64,000 nt of DNA from an uncultured bacterium. Lineage in GTDB: Bacteria; Zixibacteria; MSB-5A5; UBA10806. The notes under the pieces were generated by a model. It searched no databases. It had not been told where the DNA came from and saw only the letters and a program-made list of their open reading frames with translations. This document shows, one piece after another, positions 9,916-19,304 of this stretch. The DNA lies in assembly GCA_965541585.1 (NCBI GenBank), contig CBEUCH010000002.1:1-64000 (forward strand), given 5' to 3'. Each line of letters begins with the position of its first letter. Position 1 is the first letter of the stretch. A program made the position numbers and the translations under genes.

Positions 9916-11778
9916 TTGGATATATACAACGAAAAATCTTACCGCGAATTCGCTGAGAATCTGATGCCTCTTCTGAAGGGGAGGAATATCAAGAGACTCT
10001 CCATGCGCAAGCATCGGAAGCTTGCTACCAAATCAGGTACTCAAACTGTCTTCGGCTCCTGGGGATGGCGCTCGGCGGTCTCCAGCCGGATCGGCCCCAA
10101 AACGGTCTATCTCGGTTCGCCCGATGTCCGCCTGCCGAAACTGACGCCGGTACAAAAGAATATTATCGAGAATGCGCCGGAGGAACTGCATAAGGTTTTG
10201 CAGTTGATGCGAACCCTGCCGTTTATCCATGTTCGTCGACAGATGGGCAATAATCCCGGTTTCAATCCAATCTGCAATCTTTACATGTCGGTGGCTGATC
10301 CCAAGAATTATCGCATCGCCTACATGTGGGCCAATACCCTGGCTAAACCATCGAGAAGGCCCGGCCCGGAATTCCACATGATTCATATCCCGGAAGAGCA
10401 TCCGATCCGACAACAGGTTCTCTCCATACCGGAACATAACATCAATATAGCGTTGGGCTCCGATTACATGGGTGAGGATAAGAAGGGATTCCTCCGCCAG
10501 GCGATGTGGGCCTCCGACAGGCAGGGCATGCTGGGGCTTCACGCCGGCACCAAGGTGGTCTATGTCAAGGATGCTGTTTCCGGTAAGCTGAAGACATTCG
10601 GCGTGCTGTTGTTCGGGCTTTCGGCTACCGGCAAATCCACCTGGTCATGTCACCAACTCGGCTTGAACCATAAAGAGGGCGAGAGAACCGAGGTTTCTCA
10701 GGATGATATAGTTTTTCTTCGTTCAGACGGCTCGGCTTACGGAACAGAGAGCGGATTCTTTGTCAAGACCGACGTGGATGCCAAGTTGCAGGAAGCGTTG
10801 TATTATGCGCTGATCGATAAATCCGCTTTATATGAAAACGTCATGATTGACTCCGAAGGCCGTCCCGATTTCCTGGATGAACGTCTCAACGCCAATGGCC
10901 GATCTGTGATTAGAAAAGATAAAATCAGGATAAAGCTGGGCAGAAAATTCATCCCCATCGAGGCGCCGAGCATAAACTTACCGCCAATCGAGGAGCTTGA
11001 CGGCCTGGTCTTCGCATTCATAACTCGGCGTAATACGATTATGCCCTTCGCCCAGAGGTTGACTCTCGATCAGGCCGTTTTAGCATATCTCTGGGGAGAA
11101 TCGACCCACAGCTTCGCCTCGGAGCCGGCCAAAGCCGGCGACTCGGTGCGCACCGTGGGAACCGATCCTTTTATCATCGGCTCGCGCGGTTTCAAAGTAA
11201 ATCGTTTCTACGAGATATTGAAAGGCCTGGAATCGAAATATCCGGATAAACTGCACTTCTACCAGTACAACACCGGCGGCATAGGCGAGATCCTGGAAAC
11301 AATTGAGAAAGACGGCATCAAGAAGAAAAACATGATCCGCAAAACCGTGCGCGTTCCCATAAGTCTCATGGCCGCCATACAGAGAGGCGATTTGCGAGGC
11401 ACGAACAAATATAGCCTCGGTATATTAGGAACCCAGGAGATATCTGATTGCGAGGGTGGTGATCTTTCGCCGTTCGATATCGATAAATTCTATTCAAAGG
11501 AACAGATCGACGGCTATATTAAGGAGATCATCCAGGGCCGCCGAAAATTTACAGATCAGATCGTATCCGAGGGTCTGAACGGAGACATTATCAGGGCGGC
11601 AGAGAAATCGTTTGATATAGCGCCCGGGAAAGAGCGGAAATTTGTATCGGCGGGGATTCCAAAATCATCGCCTGAAAAGCAAAAAGACAAAATGAAAATT
11701 GATACATTTCCTCCCCGTTCTATTTTCTCCGATTTGCCGTCAGTAAACCGACCTTTAAGGAATCTCCGCAGAAGATAA
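9916..11778 (+). CDS. pckA: Phosphoenolpyruvate carboxykinase (ATP), divergent form
   Basis: YMGEDKKG, LGLHAG, kinase-1a FGLSATGKST, QDD, ExGFFVKT, NGRS, NTG; TTG start after GAGGTG. Confidence 0.8.
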   Translation: MDIYNEKSYREFAENLMPLLKGRNIKRLSMRKHRKLATKSGTQTVFGSWGWRSAVSSRIGPKTVYLGSPDVRLPKLTPVQKNIIENAPEELHKVLQLMRTLPFIHVRRQMGNNPGFNPICNLYMSVADPKNYRIAYMWANTLAKPSRRPGPEFHMIHIPEEHPIRQQVLSIPEHNINIALGSDYMGEDKKGFLRQAMWASDRQGMLGLHAGTKVVYVKDAVSGKLKTFGVLLFGLSATGKSTWSCHQLGLNHKEGERTEVSQDDIVFLRSDGSAYGTESGFFVKTDVDAKLQEALYYALIDKSALYENVMIDSEGRPDFLDERLNANGRSVIRKDKIRIKLGRKFIPIEAPSINLPPIEELDGLVFAFITRRNTIMPFAQRLTLDQAVLAYLWGESTHSFASEPAKAGDSVRTVGTDPFIIGSRGFKVNRFYEILKGLESKYPDKLHFYQYNTGGIGEILETIEKDGIKKKNMIRKTVRVPISLMAAIQRGDLRGTNKYSLGILGTQEISDCEGGDLSPFDIDKFYSKEQIDGYIKEIIQGRRKFTDQIVSEGLNGDIIRAAEKSFDIAPGKERKFVSAGIPKSSPEKQKDKMKIDTFPPRSIFSDLPSVNRPLRNLRRR

Positions 11779-11810
11779 CAAAACCTTTATATTTTCTCAG
11801 GATAGATAAA

Positions 11811-11836
11811 GCCGCCGGATCTGAAAATCTGACGGC
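11811..11836. terminator. Hairpin between convergent pckA and alsT
   Basis: gccgccggat-ctgaaa-atctgacggc (with G-U pairs and a mismatch). Confidence 0.5.
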
Positions 11837-11882
11837 ATATTAGCTGATAGCAGAACGCCCCGGAAAACTATTATATCATATC

Positions 11883-13673
11883 TTATCGCTTCCTGTACGG
11901 CTCATGCTTCTGGGAAAAATAATCCTTTGTTATCCGCGCCGTGGTGTTGGAAAGCAGCAGTATCGCAATCAGGTTCGGTATGGCCATCAGGCCCAGACCG
12001 ATATCGCCGAATCCCCAGATATCTTCGAGTTTGCTCGTGGCCCCTATAAACAGAACTACGCAATAGAAATATCTGTACGGCACGACAGCCCTGTCACCCA
12101 GAAGATATTGTATCGACCTGTCGCCATAGTATGACCAGCTTATCATGGTGGAAAGGGCGAACAGAAAAACTGCAATAGTGATGATATAATTGCCCGAGTT
12201 GCCAAGTACGAAAGAAAGCCCGGTCTGGAATCCCCAGGCGGTCAACGGTGAACCGTTCTGGTATATGTCGCCCTCCAGACTAAGTGATCCCTGCGGCCCA
12301 TCGAGGATTTCAACACCTTCACCTTCCGGAGAATCCGAATCTCTAATTTCAATAGTGCCTGTAAACGGCGTTCCATCTAGAAGTATCCCGATATCCTCCA
12401 CGAAACCGTGATTTCTGACAAGCCCCAGGGTGAGCAAGGTGTCTTTTGTCAGTTCTTTCGGGTAAAGAGGAGTTATCGACGGATAGACAGATGTTATTCC
12501 ACCATCGATAACCTCGATCTTTCCGGCGAACTCCGGTATCTCGAAAGATGTTTCCTCATGCTCCCGGTTGTAGCCTTCCACCGTAGAATTCATCCAGTGG
12601 TCGTTATGTTCCACTGGCACCGTCACCATATCGAAATTGAAATGATCGAAATCACGTGTTTCGGTCATTTTCTTATTGAACACCCCGGTAGTGATGATAA
12701 CCAGACCGGTTAAAGAACAGATCAGGAGAGTATCGATATACGGTCCCAGCATGGCCACCGTCCCCTCGCGTACAGGATATTTGGTCTTGGCCGCAGCGTG
12801 AGCGATAGCCGCCGAACCCTGCCCGGCTTCGTTGGAGAAAAGCCCGCGTTTGACTCCCCAGATCATAGTCTTTATAAAGAAAATCCCTGCGAAACCGCCT
12901 ATGAAGCTAACCGGGGTAAAGGCCGATTTGAATATTAATGTGAATGTCCCGGGAAGCTTATCAATATTAGCCAATAGGATTACCATGGCGGCGGTGACAT
13001 AGATAATGGCCATCCCCGGAGCAAGTATCGATGCCACTCTGCCAATACGCTTGATACCGCCGATAATCACCATGGCCACCAGGAATGCCAGCCCCAGCCC
13101 GGTCATCCAGATCGGGATGGAGAAATCGGAGTTCAGCTGATCGGCGACCGTGAATGCCTGAATACCATTTCCGGTGCCGAACGAACAGAGCACGGCAGCA
13201 ATGGCGAAGAAGACAGCCAGCGGTTTTAAACCCAACCCTTTCTGAATGTAATACATTGGCCCGCCCGACGCCGATCCGTCCGGATTTATTTTTCGGTATT
13301 TCATGGAGAGAGTGCACTCGGCATATTTCAATGATGTCCCCAGTATGCCGGTTACCCACATCCAGAAAAGAGCTCCCGGCCCGCCGTAATGGATGGCGGT
13401 TGCTACACCCGCGATATTGCCGATTCCGACGGTTGCCGACAACGCCGCCGACAACGCCTGGAAATGTGTGATATCGCCTGCATCGGACGGGTCATCATAC
13501 CGGCCGCTGGTGACACCAATGGCGTGAACGAAATATCTAATTTGCGGCCAGCCGAGCCGAAATGTTATGAATATGCCCGTTGCCAGCAGCAACACAATCA
13601 TGAAGGGAACCGAGGATGGCGTCGCCCAGATCAGGTCGCTACCAAACTTGATAATTGAAATGATGAGTTCCAA
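11883..13673 (-). CDS. alsT: Na+/alanine (glycine) symporter, AGCS family, with large extramembrane insertion
   Basis: ATVGIGNIAGVATAI, GGPGALFWMW, GGPMYY, RGLFSNEAGQGS, DTLLIC. Confidence 0.92.
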   Translation of the reverse strand: MELIISIIKFGSDLIWATPSSVPFMIVLLLATGIFITFRLGWPQIRYFVHAIGVTSGRYDDPSDAGDITHFQALSAALSATVGIGNIAGVATAIHYGGPGALFWMWVTGILGTSLKYAECTLSMKYRKINPDGSASGGPMYYIQKGLGLKPLAVFFAIAAVLCSFGTGNGIQAFTVADQLNSDFSIPIWMTGLGLAFLVAMVIIGGIKRIGRVASILAPGMAIIYVTAAMVILLANIDKLPGTFTLIFKSAFTPVSFIGGFAGIFFIKTMIWGVKRGLFSNEAGQGSAAIAHAAAKTKYPVREGTVAMLGPYIDTLLICSLTGLVIITTGVFNKKMTETRDFDHFNFDMVTVPVEHNDHWMNSTVEGYNREHEETSFEIPEFAGKIEVIDGGITSVYPSITPLYPKELTKDTLLTLGLVRNHGFVEDIGILLDGTPFTGTIEIRDSDSPEGEGVEILDGPQGSLSLEGDIYQNGSPLTAWGFQTGLSFVLGNSGNYIITIAVFLFALSTMISWSYYGDRSIQYLLGDRAVVPYRYFYCVVLFIGATSKLEDIWGFGDIGLGLMAIPNLIAILLLSNTTARITKDYFSQKHEPYRKR

Positions 13674-13923
13674 AATGCCTCCGTTAGATTATCATTTTCA
13701 ACAAGCTGCCGCGACAACAGACACGGACGAATCAGCGGACAATCAGAGCATAAATAGGATATTTATATTTGAATGTAAAGCGCTAATAAATATGCAGCAA
13801 TAATCGCCGACTAATCTCCCGCTCACTAAACAGAAGAAAGATCTTGCTATTTTCCTATCAATACCTGAAAGTTGTTCTAATGAACGGGCGCTCAATTGTA
13901 GAGGGCTAAAGGATGGAAACGGG

Positions 13924-14550
13924 ATGAGCGTTTCAACAAACGTTATGACAGGGAAAGGACTGCAAGCGCTCTGCGTGTTGGCATCGCTAATCTGTATTCT
14001 CGCTTGTTCGACCTCATCGCCACCTGAAGAGATTGTCCAGAATTACAGAGAGGCATTGAATTCACACAACGTTGACTCTTTGATGAATTATTTCGGCGAC
14101 GATATGGTGTTTGAAATCCCGTCGATGCGGATGAAGCTTTCCGGAAAGCCTGCCCTCCGAGGGCTGGCTGGATACGATTCGGTCCTGAATACAAACATGG
14201 TGTTGACAAATATCAGGGTAGGAGGCGATACGGTGATCTGCGAGATAACCGAAAGCAACGACTGGATGAATGCTGCCGGAATGACATCGGCACATTATTC
14301 GGAGGCTATCTTTGTCGTCATCAACGGCAAGATCTCCCACATCAAAGCCGAGATATCCGATTCCAGCGCCGCCAATTTCGATAAGGTTTTGAGCGAATTT
14401 GTGCCTTGGGTAAATGAAAACTATCCTGAATCTATGACGGAGATGATGCCCGAGGGAAATTTCGTATTCAATGCCAAAAATGGAGAGACAGTTGTAAGAC
14501 TTCTACGCCAGTGGCGCCAGGCAATGGAGAGCGAAAAAGCGAGCCATTAG
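13924..14550 (+). CDS. Lipoprotein with NTF2/SnoaL-like domain
   Basis: ILAC lipobox; IVQNYREALNSHNVDSLMNYFGDD is SnoaL-like. Confidence 0.75.
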   Translation: MSVSTNVMTGKGLQALCVLASLICILACSTSSPPEEIVQNYREALNSHNVDSLMNYFGDDMVFEIPSMRMKLSGKPALRGLAGYDSVLNTNMVLTNIRVGGDTVICEITESNDWMNAAGMTSAHYSEAIFVVINGKISHIKAEISDSSAANFDKVLSEFVPWVNENYPESMTEMMPEGNFVFNAKNGETVVRLLRQWRQAMESEKASH

Positions 14551-14577
14551 CCCTGTTATGATTGAGGAAAAGTAATT

Positions 14578-14620
14578 GTCGAGTTTCTCTGCGCCTGCAG
14601 CGGATTAAAACCCGACTTAC
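14578..14620 (-). repeat. GTAA/GTAG-type REP-like element (same family as 22181-22225)
   Basis: gtcgagtttctctgcgcctgcagcggattaaaacccgacttac; outer and inner stems. Confidence 0.7.
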
Positions 14621-14639
14621 AAATTTGACCGGACACCAT

Positions 14640-14688
14640 TTAGTAACCAGCTTTTTTGTTCTGGTTACTTAGCGCCGCTTAGTAACCA
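14640..14688. terminator. Triple agtaacc/ggttact inverted-repeat cluster between convergent genes
   Basis: agtaaccag...ctggttact..agcgccgct..agtaacc gives two alternative hairpins. Confidence 0.45.
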
Positions 14689-14694
14689 CTGATG

Positions 14695-15798
14695 CTATTT
14701 CAAAAACTTTCCATTCTTAAAGAACAACTGGCCGTCGGCGTAGAGGGCGCCATGCTTTCGCAGGTCGCAAACCATATCCCAGTGCAAACCCGATTGATTC
14801 TTGCTTCCGCTTTCCGGGTAAGCCTGCCCCAGTGCCATATGCATGGTGCCGCCGATTTTCTCGTCGAAAAGGGTGTTGCGTGTAAACTGCTTGATACCGA
14901 AATTGGTGCCGATAGCAAGTTCGCCCACAAAACGCGCGCCCCTGTCCATATCAATCATGGCGTTAAGGAATTTCTCGCCCTTGGCGGCTGTGGCTTTCAC
15001 AACCTTGCCGCTCTTGAATTCGAGACAAACGTCGTCGACTTCGCGGCCGTGGTAGACTGCCGGAAATGAGAACCGTATATGACCGTTGGCCGAATTCTCC
15101 ACCGGCCCGGTGAAAACCTCGCCGTCTGGGAAATTATTGGCGCCGTCGCAGTTGATCCATTTTCGCCCCGCAACGTTGAACGTAAGATCCGTATCCGGCG
15201 CTACAATCTGGATCTTCTTCTTGCGGGACAAGTATCTTATCAGGCGGGCGTTATATTTCGAGAGCTTTTTCCATTCGGCCACGGGATCTTTTTTATCGAG
15301 CCTGCAGGCGGCGAAAACGAAATCCTCATAATCGGCCAGGGACATTCCCGCATCCTGAGCCGCCGCCGCCGTGGGGTAGAGACATCCTACCCAGAAAAAA
15401 TCTCCCTTTGCTGTCCGGGCCATATACTTTTTCATCAAAGGCGCCGCCGCTTTCTGGGCGACAGCCTGTTTTTTGGGATCGATATTGGTCAGCTCCCTGG
15501 TGTTGAAGCTGGACATGATCGCAATTGCAGCATCGGCCTTGTTTAACTCGTACTTCTGAAGGGGGGTGATATACTTAAGCTGTTTCTCGGATGAGTGTTT
15601 AAAATAGATCTCCTGCAATCCCTCCACTATGACACGGGTGTAAGGGTGCGCTCCCGTATGCAGCGCCTTTTTGTAAAGCTCTTTTATCAATGGTGTTGCC
15701 AGCGCCGTGCCCCGTATGCCGAGGAGCTGGTCTTTTTTTAATTTTATGCAATACTTGAGCAAGACATCGGCATACTTTTCAATTCGCGGATCCCTCAT
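14695..15798 (-). CDS. Aminopeptidase, M29 (AmpS/PepS/aminopeptidase II) family
   Basis: NFPDGEVFTGP, GELAIGTN, LFDEKIGGTMHMALG, HWDMV. Confidence 0.92.
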   Translation of the reverse strand: MRDPRIEKYADVLLKYCIKLKKDQLLGIRGTALATPLIKELYKKALHTGAHPYTRVIVEGLQEIYFKHSSEKQLKYITPLQKYELNKADAAIAIMSSFNTRELTNIDPKKQAVAQKAAAPLMKKYMARTAKGDFFWVGCLYPTAAAAQDAGMSLADYEDFVFAACRLDKKDPVAEWKKLSKYNARLIRYLSRKKKIQIVAPDTDLTFNVAGRKWINCDGANNFPDGEVFTGPVENSANGHIRFSFPAVYHGREVDDVCLEFKSGKVVKATAAKGEKFLNAMIDMDRGARFVGELAIGTNFGIKQFTRNTLFDEKIGGTMHMALGQAYPESGSKNQSGLHWDMVCDLRKHGALYADGQLFFKNGKFLK

Positions 15799-15898
15799 TT
15801 TTCACCCTCTCTGAATTATTAATCCAGTCATTTCATAAAATATAATACACCGGTCACCATCAGTTAAAGAACTTTTCCCAAAAAAAAGAAACTGCATA

Positions 15899-17773
15899 TT
15901 AGTTCCCTTCTTCCAGCAGTCTTTCGAGTTTGCGGTAGAGAGTCTCCAGCCGAGTATACAGGTTGTCTCGTTGATCCAGCAAAGCTGAAAGTCTCTCCCA
16001 ATCAGACGATTTTTCCAGAGCCTTTATTGCAGTTTCCAGATTTGAAATTTGCTCCTCGATTGCGCTGATCTCCTCTCTGGCCTTCATTACAATCTGCGGA
16101 TTGGTTCGACGTTTTCTTCTCTTTCGTGATGGCGGTGGTATTTTCGATGATCCGGGAACTGACTTTGTGCTCTCCGCCAGGGCCTGTGTTTTGCGCCTGT
16201 AATCTGAATAATCGCCAAGATATATCTTCATGTAGCAACCTTCTATTGCAAAAATCTTATCAACCAGACGATCTAAAAACTCCCTGTCGTGAGAAACGCA
16301 GAGGATAGTTCCTTTGTAGCCGGCCAGCGCCTCCTCCAGAGCCTCACGCGATTGTATATCGAGATGGTTGGTGGGCTCGTCGAGAACGAGAAAGTTCGGC
16401 TCGGTTGCAATCAGGCGGGCCAGAACAAGCCTGGACTGTTCGCCGCCGGAAAAAGAATCGATGCGCCTGAGAACGTCATCCCCTCTAAAAAGAAATCGAG
16501 CCAGATAGCCTCTTATCTGGGATTCGTTCCACTCCGGCCTGATCTCGCGGATGGCCGATAGGGGATCTGATTCCTTATTAAGGTTTTCGGTCAACTGGTC
16601 GTAATATCCCACGTTCAATCTCCTGCCGAGCTCGATCCGCCCCGATACCGGCTTCAATTCTCCCAGCATGAGTTTGATTATGGTCGTCTTCCCTGAACCG
16701 TTGGGGCCGAAGAGACCTACTCTATCGCCACGCTCCATGATGAAATTGAGATTTTCCAGGAACTGATCGCTATCGTAAGAGAATGATACCCCGTCGCACT
16801 TGACCACGATCTTCGCCGATCTATCGGCGCCTGCAAATCGCAGGGCGGCGGCCCCGTCCTCCGACGGTGGTTTTTTGAGCTTATCCATTTTCGCCAGCAT
16901 CTTCCGTCGCGACTTGGCCTGCTTGGTTTTCTGACCGGCAATGTTACGCCGGATAAAATCCTCGGTTCTGGCGATGAACTCCTTCTGAGCCTCATAATTC
17001 TTCATAGCGGAAGATAGTCTTTCCTCCCTTTCCACCAGATAGTTATCATAACCGCCGGCATAAACCATGGTCTTGCCCGCAACCATCTCCCAGATGCTGG
17101 TGGCCGTATTTCTGATGAATGCCCGGTCGTGAGAGACATAGATTACACCACCATCGAACGATTTGAGGTATGATTCCAGAAATTCCAATCCCGAGATATC
17201 GAGATGGTTGGTCGGCTCATCTAAAAGCAACAGATCGGGCGAACTTATCAGCATTCTTACCAGTGCGGCGCGGTTGCGCATACCTCCGGAGAGCTCGGCG
17301 AGACTCATCTCGTGTTCCTGCGAATCGAAACCGAGACCGGTGAGGACCTCTCTGGCCCTCGAATCCATCTGATACCCTCCGAGTTGCTCGAACCGGCTTT
17401 GCAACCGTCCCAGCTCACTGAGCAGATTTCTGTTGCCGTGATCTTCCGATAGGGCGCTATGAATCTCGTGGAGGCGGTGTTTCATTTTGACGAGATCTTC
17501 AAGACCCCCAACGGCATATTCGAAAAGACTGCCGGTATCCGAAACTCGCACTTCCTGAGGCAGGTAGCCGCGATTTATCGAGTTTGGAATCTCCAGAATG
17601 CCAGAATCGCGATCGATCTTGCCCGCCAGTATCTCTAAAAGCGTAGTTTTGCCTGTACCGTTGGCACCCAGAAGGGCAATTTTCTCTCCCGTTCTGATAG
17701 CTCCCGAGGCACCCTCCAGAACCGATACGGGCGGGTAGGATTTATGGATCGACGAAAATCCGGCGAGTATCAT
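15899..17773 (-). CDS. ABC-F family ribosome-associated ATPase
   Basis: Two ABC domains (GANGTGKTT/LSGG/LLLDEPTNHLD; GPNGSGKTT/FSGG/LDEPTNHLD), P-site linker, C-terminal coiled coil, no TM segments. Confidence 0.93.
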   Translation of the reverse strand: MILAGFSSIHKSYPPVSVLEGASGAIRTGEKIALLGANGTGKTTLLEILAGKIDRDSGILEIPNSINRGYLPQEVRVSDTGSLFEYAVGGLEDLVKMKHRLHEIHSALSEDHGNRNLLSELGRLQSRFEQLGGYQMDSRAREVLTGLGFDSQEHEMSLAELSGGMRNRAALVRMLISSPDLLLLDEPTNHLDISGLEFLESYLKSFDGGVIYVSHDRAFIRNTATSIWEMVAGKTMVYAGGYDNYLVEREERLSSAMKNYEAQKEFIARTEDFIRRNIAGQKTKQAKSRRKMLAKMDKLKKPPSEDGAAALRFAGADRSAKIVVKCDGVSFSYDSDQFLENLNFIMERGDRVGLFGPNGSGKTTIIKLMLGELKPVSGRIELGRRLNVGYYDQLTENLNKESDPLSAIREIRPEWNESQIRGYLARFLFRGDDVLRRIDSFSGGEQSRLVLARLIATEPNFLVLDEPTNHLDIQSREALEEALAGYKGTILCVSHDREFLDRLVDKIFAIEGCYMKIYLGDYSDYRRKTQALAESTKSVPGSSKIPPPSRKRRKRRTNPQIVMKAREEISAIEEQISNLETAIKALEKSSDWERLSALLDQRDNLYTRLETLYRKLERLLEEGN

Positions 17774-17820
17774 GAATCCTGCACCCCGTCTTCGTTTTCT
17801 CCAGCTTCAAGTCTTTTCAT
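17770..17820 (-). CDS. Putative leaderless leader peptide MKRLEAGENEDGVQDS overlapping the ABC-F start (ATGA)
   Basis: ATG lies 7 nt after TATAAT of a TTGGAA-17-TATAAT promoter; its stop overlaps the ABC-F ATG. Confidence 0.4.
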   Translation of the reverse strand: MKRLEAGENEDGVQDS

Positions 17821-17827
17821 GAGGACA

Positions 17828-17856
17828 ATTATAAATATCCCAATTGTGATTTCCAA
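17828..17856 (-). promoter_or_regulatory. sigma70-like promoter for the ABC-F gene
   Basis: TTGGAA-N17-TATAAT. Confidence 0.65.
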
Positions 17857-17927
17857 AGAATAAAACATGGGAATCCGCTTTTGCGGTATCATCCTGATAT
17901 ATTATGAAAGTTTTTTCTCTGTTTGAA

Positions 17928-18107
17928 TTATTTGTTTTCGACCGGAACGCAGGCTTCGGTCGGACAAACCTCGGCGCAATCACCGCAGTCTGTGCATTTA
18001 ATGGGATCTATTATATATTTGGGATCACCGGCCGTGATGGCGTCCTCGGGGCATTCCGGCAGGCAGGCATCGCACAGGATACAATCGTCGGTAATCTTGT
18101 ACGCCAA
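17928..18107 (-). CDS. fdx: 2[4Fe-4S] ferredoxin, 59 aa (not in ORF track)
   Basis: TTG start after AAGGAGG; MAYKITDDCILCDACLPECPEDAITAGDPKYIIDPIKCTDCGDCAEVCPTEACVPVENK with two CxxCxxCxxxCP motifs. Confidence 0.95.
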   Translation of the reverse strand: MAYKITDDCILCDACLPECPEDAITAGDPKYIIDPIKCTDCGDCAEVCPTEACVPVENK

Positions 18108-18170
18108 ATTATTCCTCCTTAAACGACTCTATTGAAGAATCGTAATTGCTATTATCGGCCTGTCGCAAAT

Positions 18171-18199
18171 AAAAAGGCCTGACGCAGGCTGTCAAGGCC
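18171..18199 (-). terminator. Probable intrinsic terminator downstream of the DUF6125-like gene
   Basis: ggccttgac...gtcaggcc followed by TTTTT on the minus strand. Confidence 0.6.
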
Positions 18200-18249
18200 A
18201 AATTGGGATATGACGAGCCTATAACGGATCGTCATGGCGACTTTTATTC

Positions 18250-18735
18250 CTATTTAATTGTGAATTCCCAGCGGCACCAGTACTTGCCGTTGTAATCATC
18301 GGGAGGGCAGTGCAGGCATCCGGTACCGATCCGCGAGTCGATCGCCCTGGCAAAAGAGTCATATTCTATAACGCCAACCTCTTTGCAGGGGAAGGGCGCC
18401 AGTCCCTTACGCTGGCGGGCCTCCTGAACACGGCATCCGGTCATCTCGAATACCAGTTTCCTACCCGATTTTTCGACTATTCTCTGATCGTTGATGAAAG
18501 CGTACAATCTTTGTTTCAGCGCTTCCTCCAGCAGGTCCAATCCTCCGCCGGGTTCCTTGCCCAGGCGTTTGAGTATTCGTCCCGCCTCGATAGGTGAAAA
18601 CCTGCTCCAGGCTACGCCGTCCAGTTTGATTGCGGCCTCGATACCGAATTCGTTTTCGACCGCCTGGAACCAGAGACCGTCATGCGCCAGCCAGAGCCTG
18701 GCGAAATCATTAATCAAAATATCTTTTTCTTCCAT
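18250..18735 (-). CDS. DUF6125-like protein (V4R/ATC-hydrolase-like Cys motif)
   Basis: WLAHDGLWFQAVE, CRVQEARQRKGL..FPCK, CLHCPPD...WCRWEF. Confidence 0.75.
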   Translation of the reverse strand: MEEKDILINDFARLWLAHDGLWFQAVENEFGIEAAIKLDGVAWSRFSPIEAGRILKRLGKEPGGGLDLLEEALKQRLYAFINDQRIVEKSGRKLVFEMTGCRVQEARQRKGLAPFPCKEVGVIEYDSFARAIDSRIGTGCLHCPPDDYNGKYWCRWEFTIK

Positions 18736-18745
18736 AAGCAGCTAA

Positions 18746-18886
18746 TTAACTGGATGATGATTCTGCCCCTTCATCGCCCTTTTTGTATTTCTTTTTTCGG
18801 GTGTATTTGCTTTTATCGCGATGAACCTTTTCGGTTTTTTTCGGCAGCGGTATCCGACGTTTCGGTTTCTTCACACGATTTGGCAT
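18746..18886 (-). CDS. 46-aa highly basic peptide, ArfA-like motif (not in ORF track)
   Basis: MPNRVKKPKRRIPLPKKTEKVHRDKSKYTRKKKYKKGDEGAESSSS; ATG directly follows the TAG of the upstream gene and the ORF fills the gap to the next gene. Confidence 0.6.
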   Translation of the reverse strand: MPNRVKKPKRRIPLPKKTEKVHRDKSKYTRKKKYKKGDEGAESSSS

Positions 18887-19159
18887 CTACATTTGATTTT
18901 TCAGAACTCGTGTCAGTTTGAAGATAACCGGGTTATCGCCGTCGGGGCAGGATATATTGAGCGTATCCCTGTCCTTCTTTTTCCACGGCACCAGCCCGCC
19001 GAAACGAAAGCCCGTGGCAAACGGCATTACGGAATGCTCAGCCCAGGGGCAGAGTTTGGGATCGCCGATTGTGAACTCATCGCCTATCTTCAGTTCCCGG
19101 GGACATTCTCCGCCACCGAGTATATTGACGATTTTCATTTTGACATCATAATCCGGCAT
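18887..19159 (-). CDS. TIGR04076 family protein
   Basis: GECP..LKIGDEF...LCPWA...SCPDGDNPVIFKL; AGGAGG RBS. Confidence 0.8.
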   Translation of the reverse strand: MPDYDVKMKIVNILGGGECPRELKIGDEFTIGDPKLCPWAEHSVMPFATGFRFGGLVPWKKKDRDTLNISCPDGDNPVIFKLTRVLKNQM

Positions 19160-19304
19160 GGCGCCTCCTTGCGAGATTCAACCTGCGTCTCACAGCATAT
19201 CGTGAACGCAATATAGCGACCAGTCAATATCTCTTAATCGCTTCATATTGTCAAGCGCAGGGAGAAAAAGTAGCCCGGCTACAGAATATCCGATTTTGGA
19301 TTCA

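Noticed and set aside
13674..13920. Glycine riboswitch expected upstream of alsT
   Set aside because: No GGAGA / CCGAAG / CUCUCAGG aptamer core visible.
17904..18135. Plus-strand ORFs 17904-18122 and 17923-18135
   Set aside because: Antisense shadows of the ferredoxin, which has an RBS and two Fe-S motifs.
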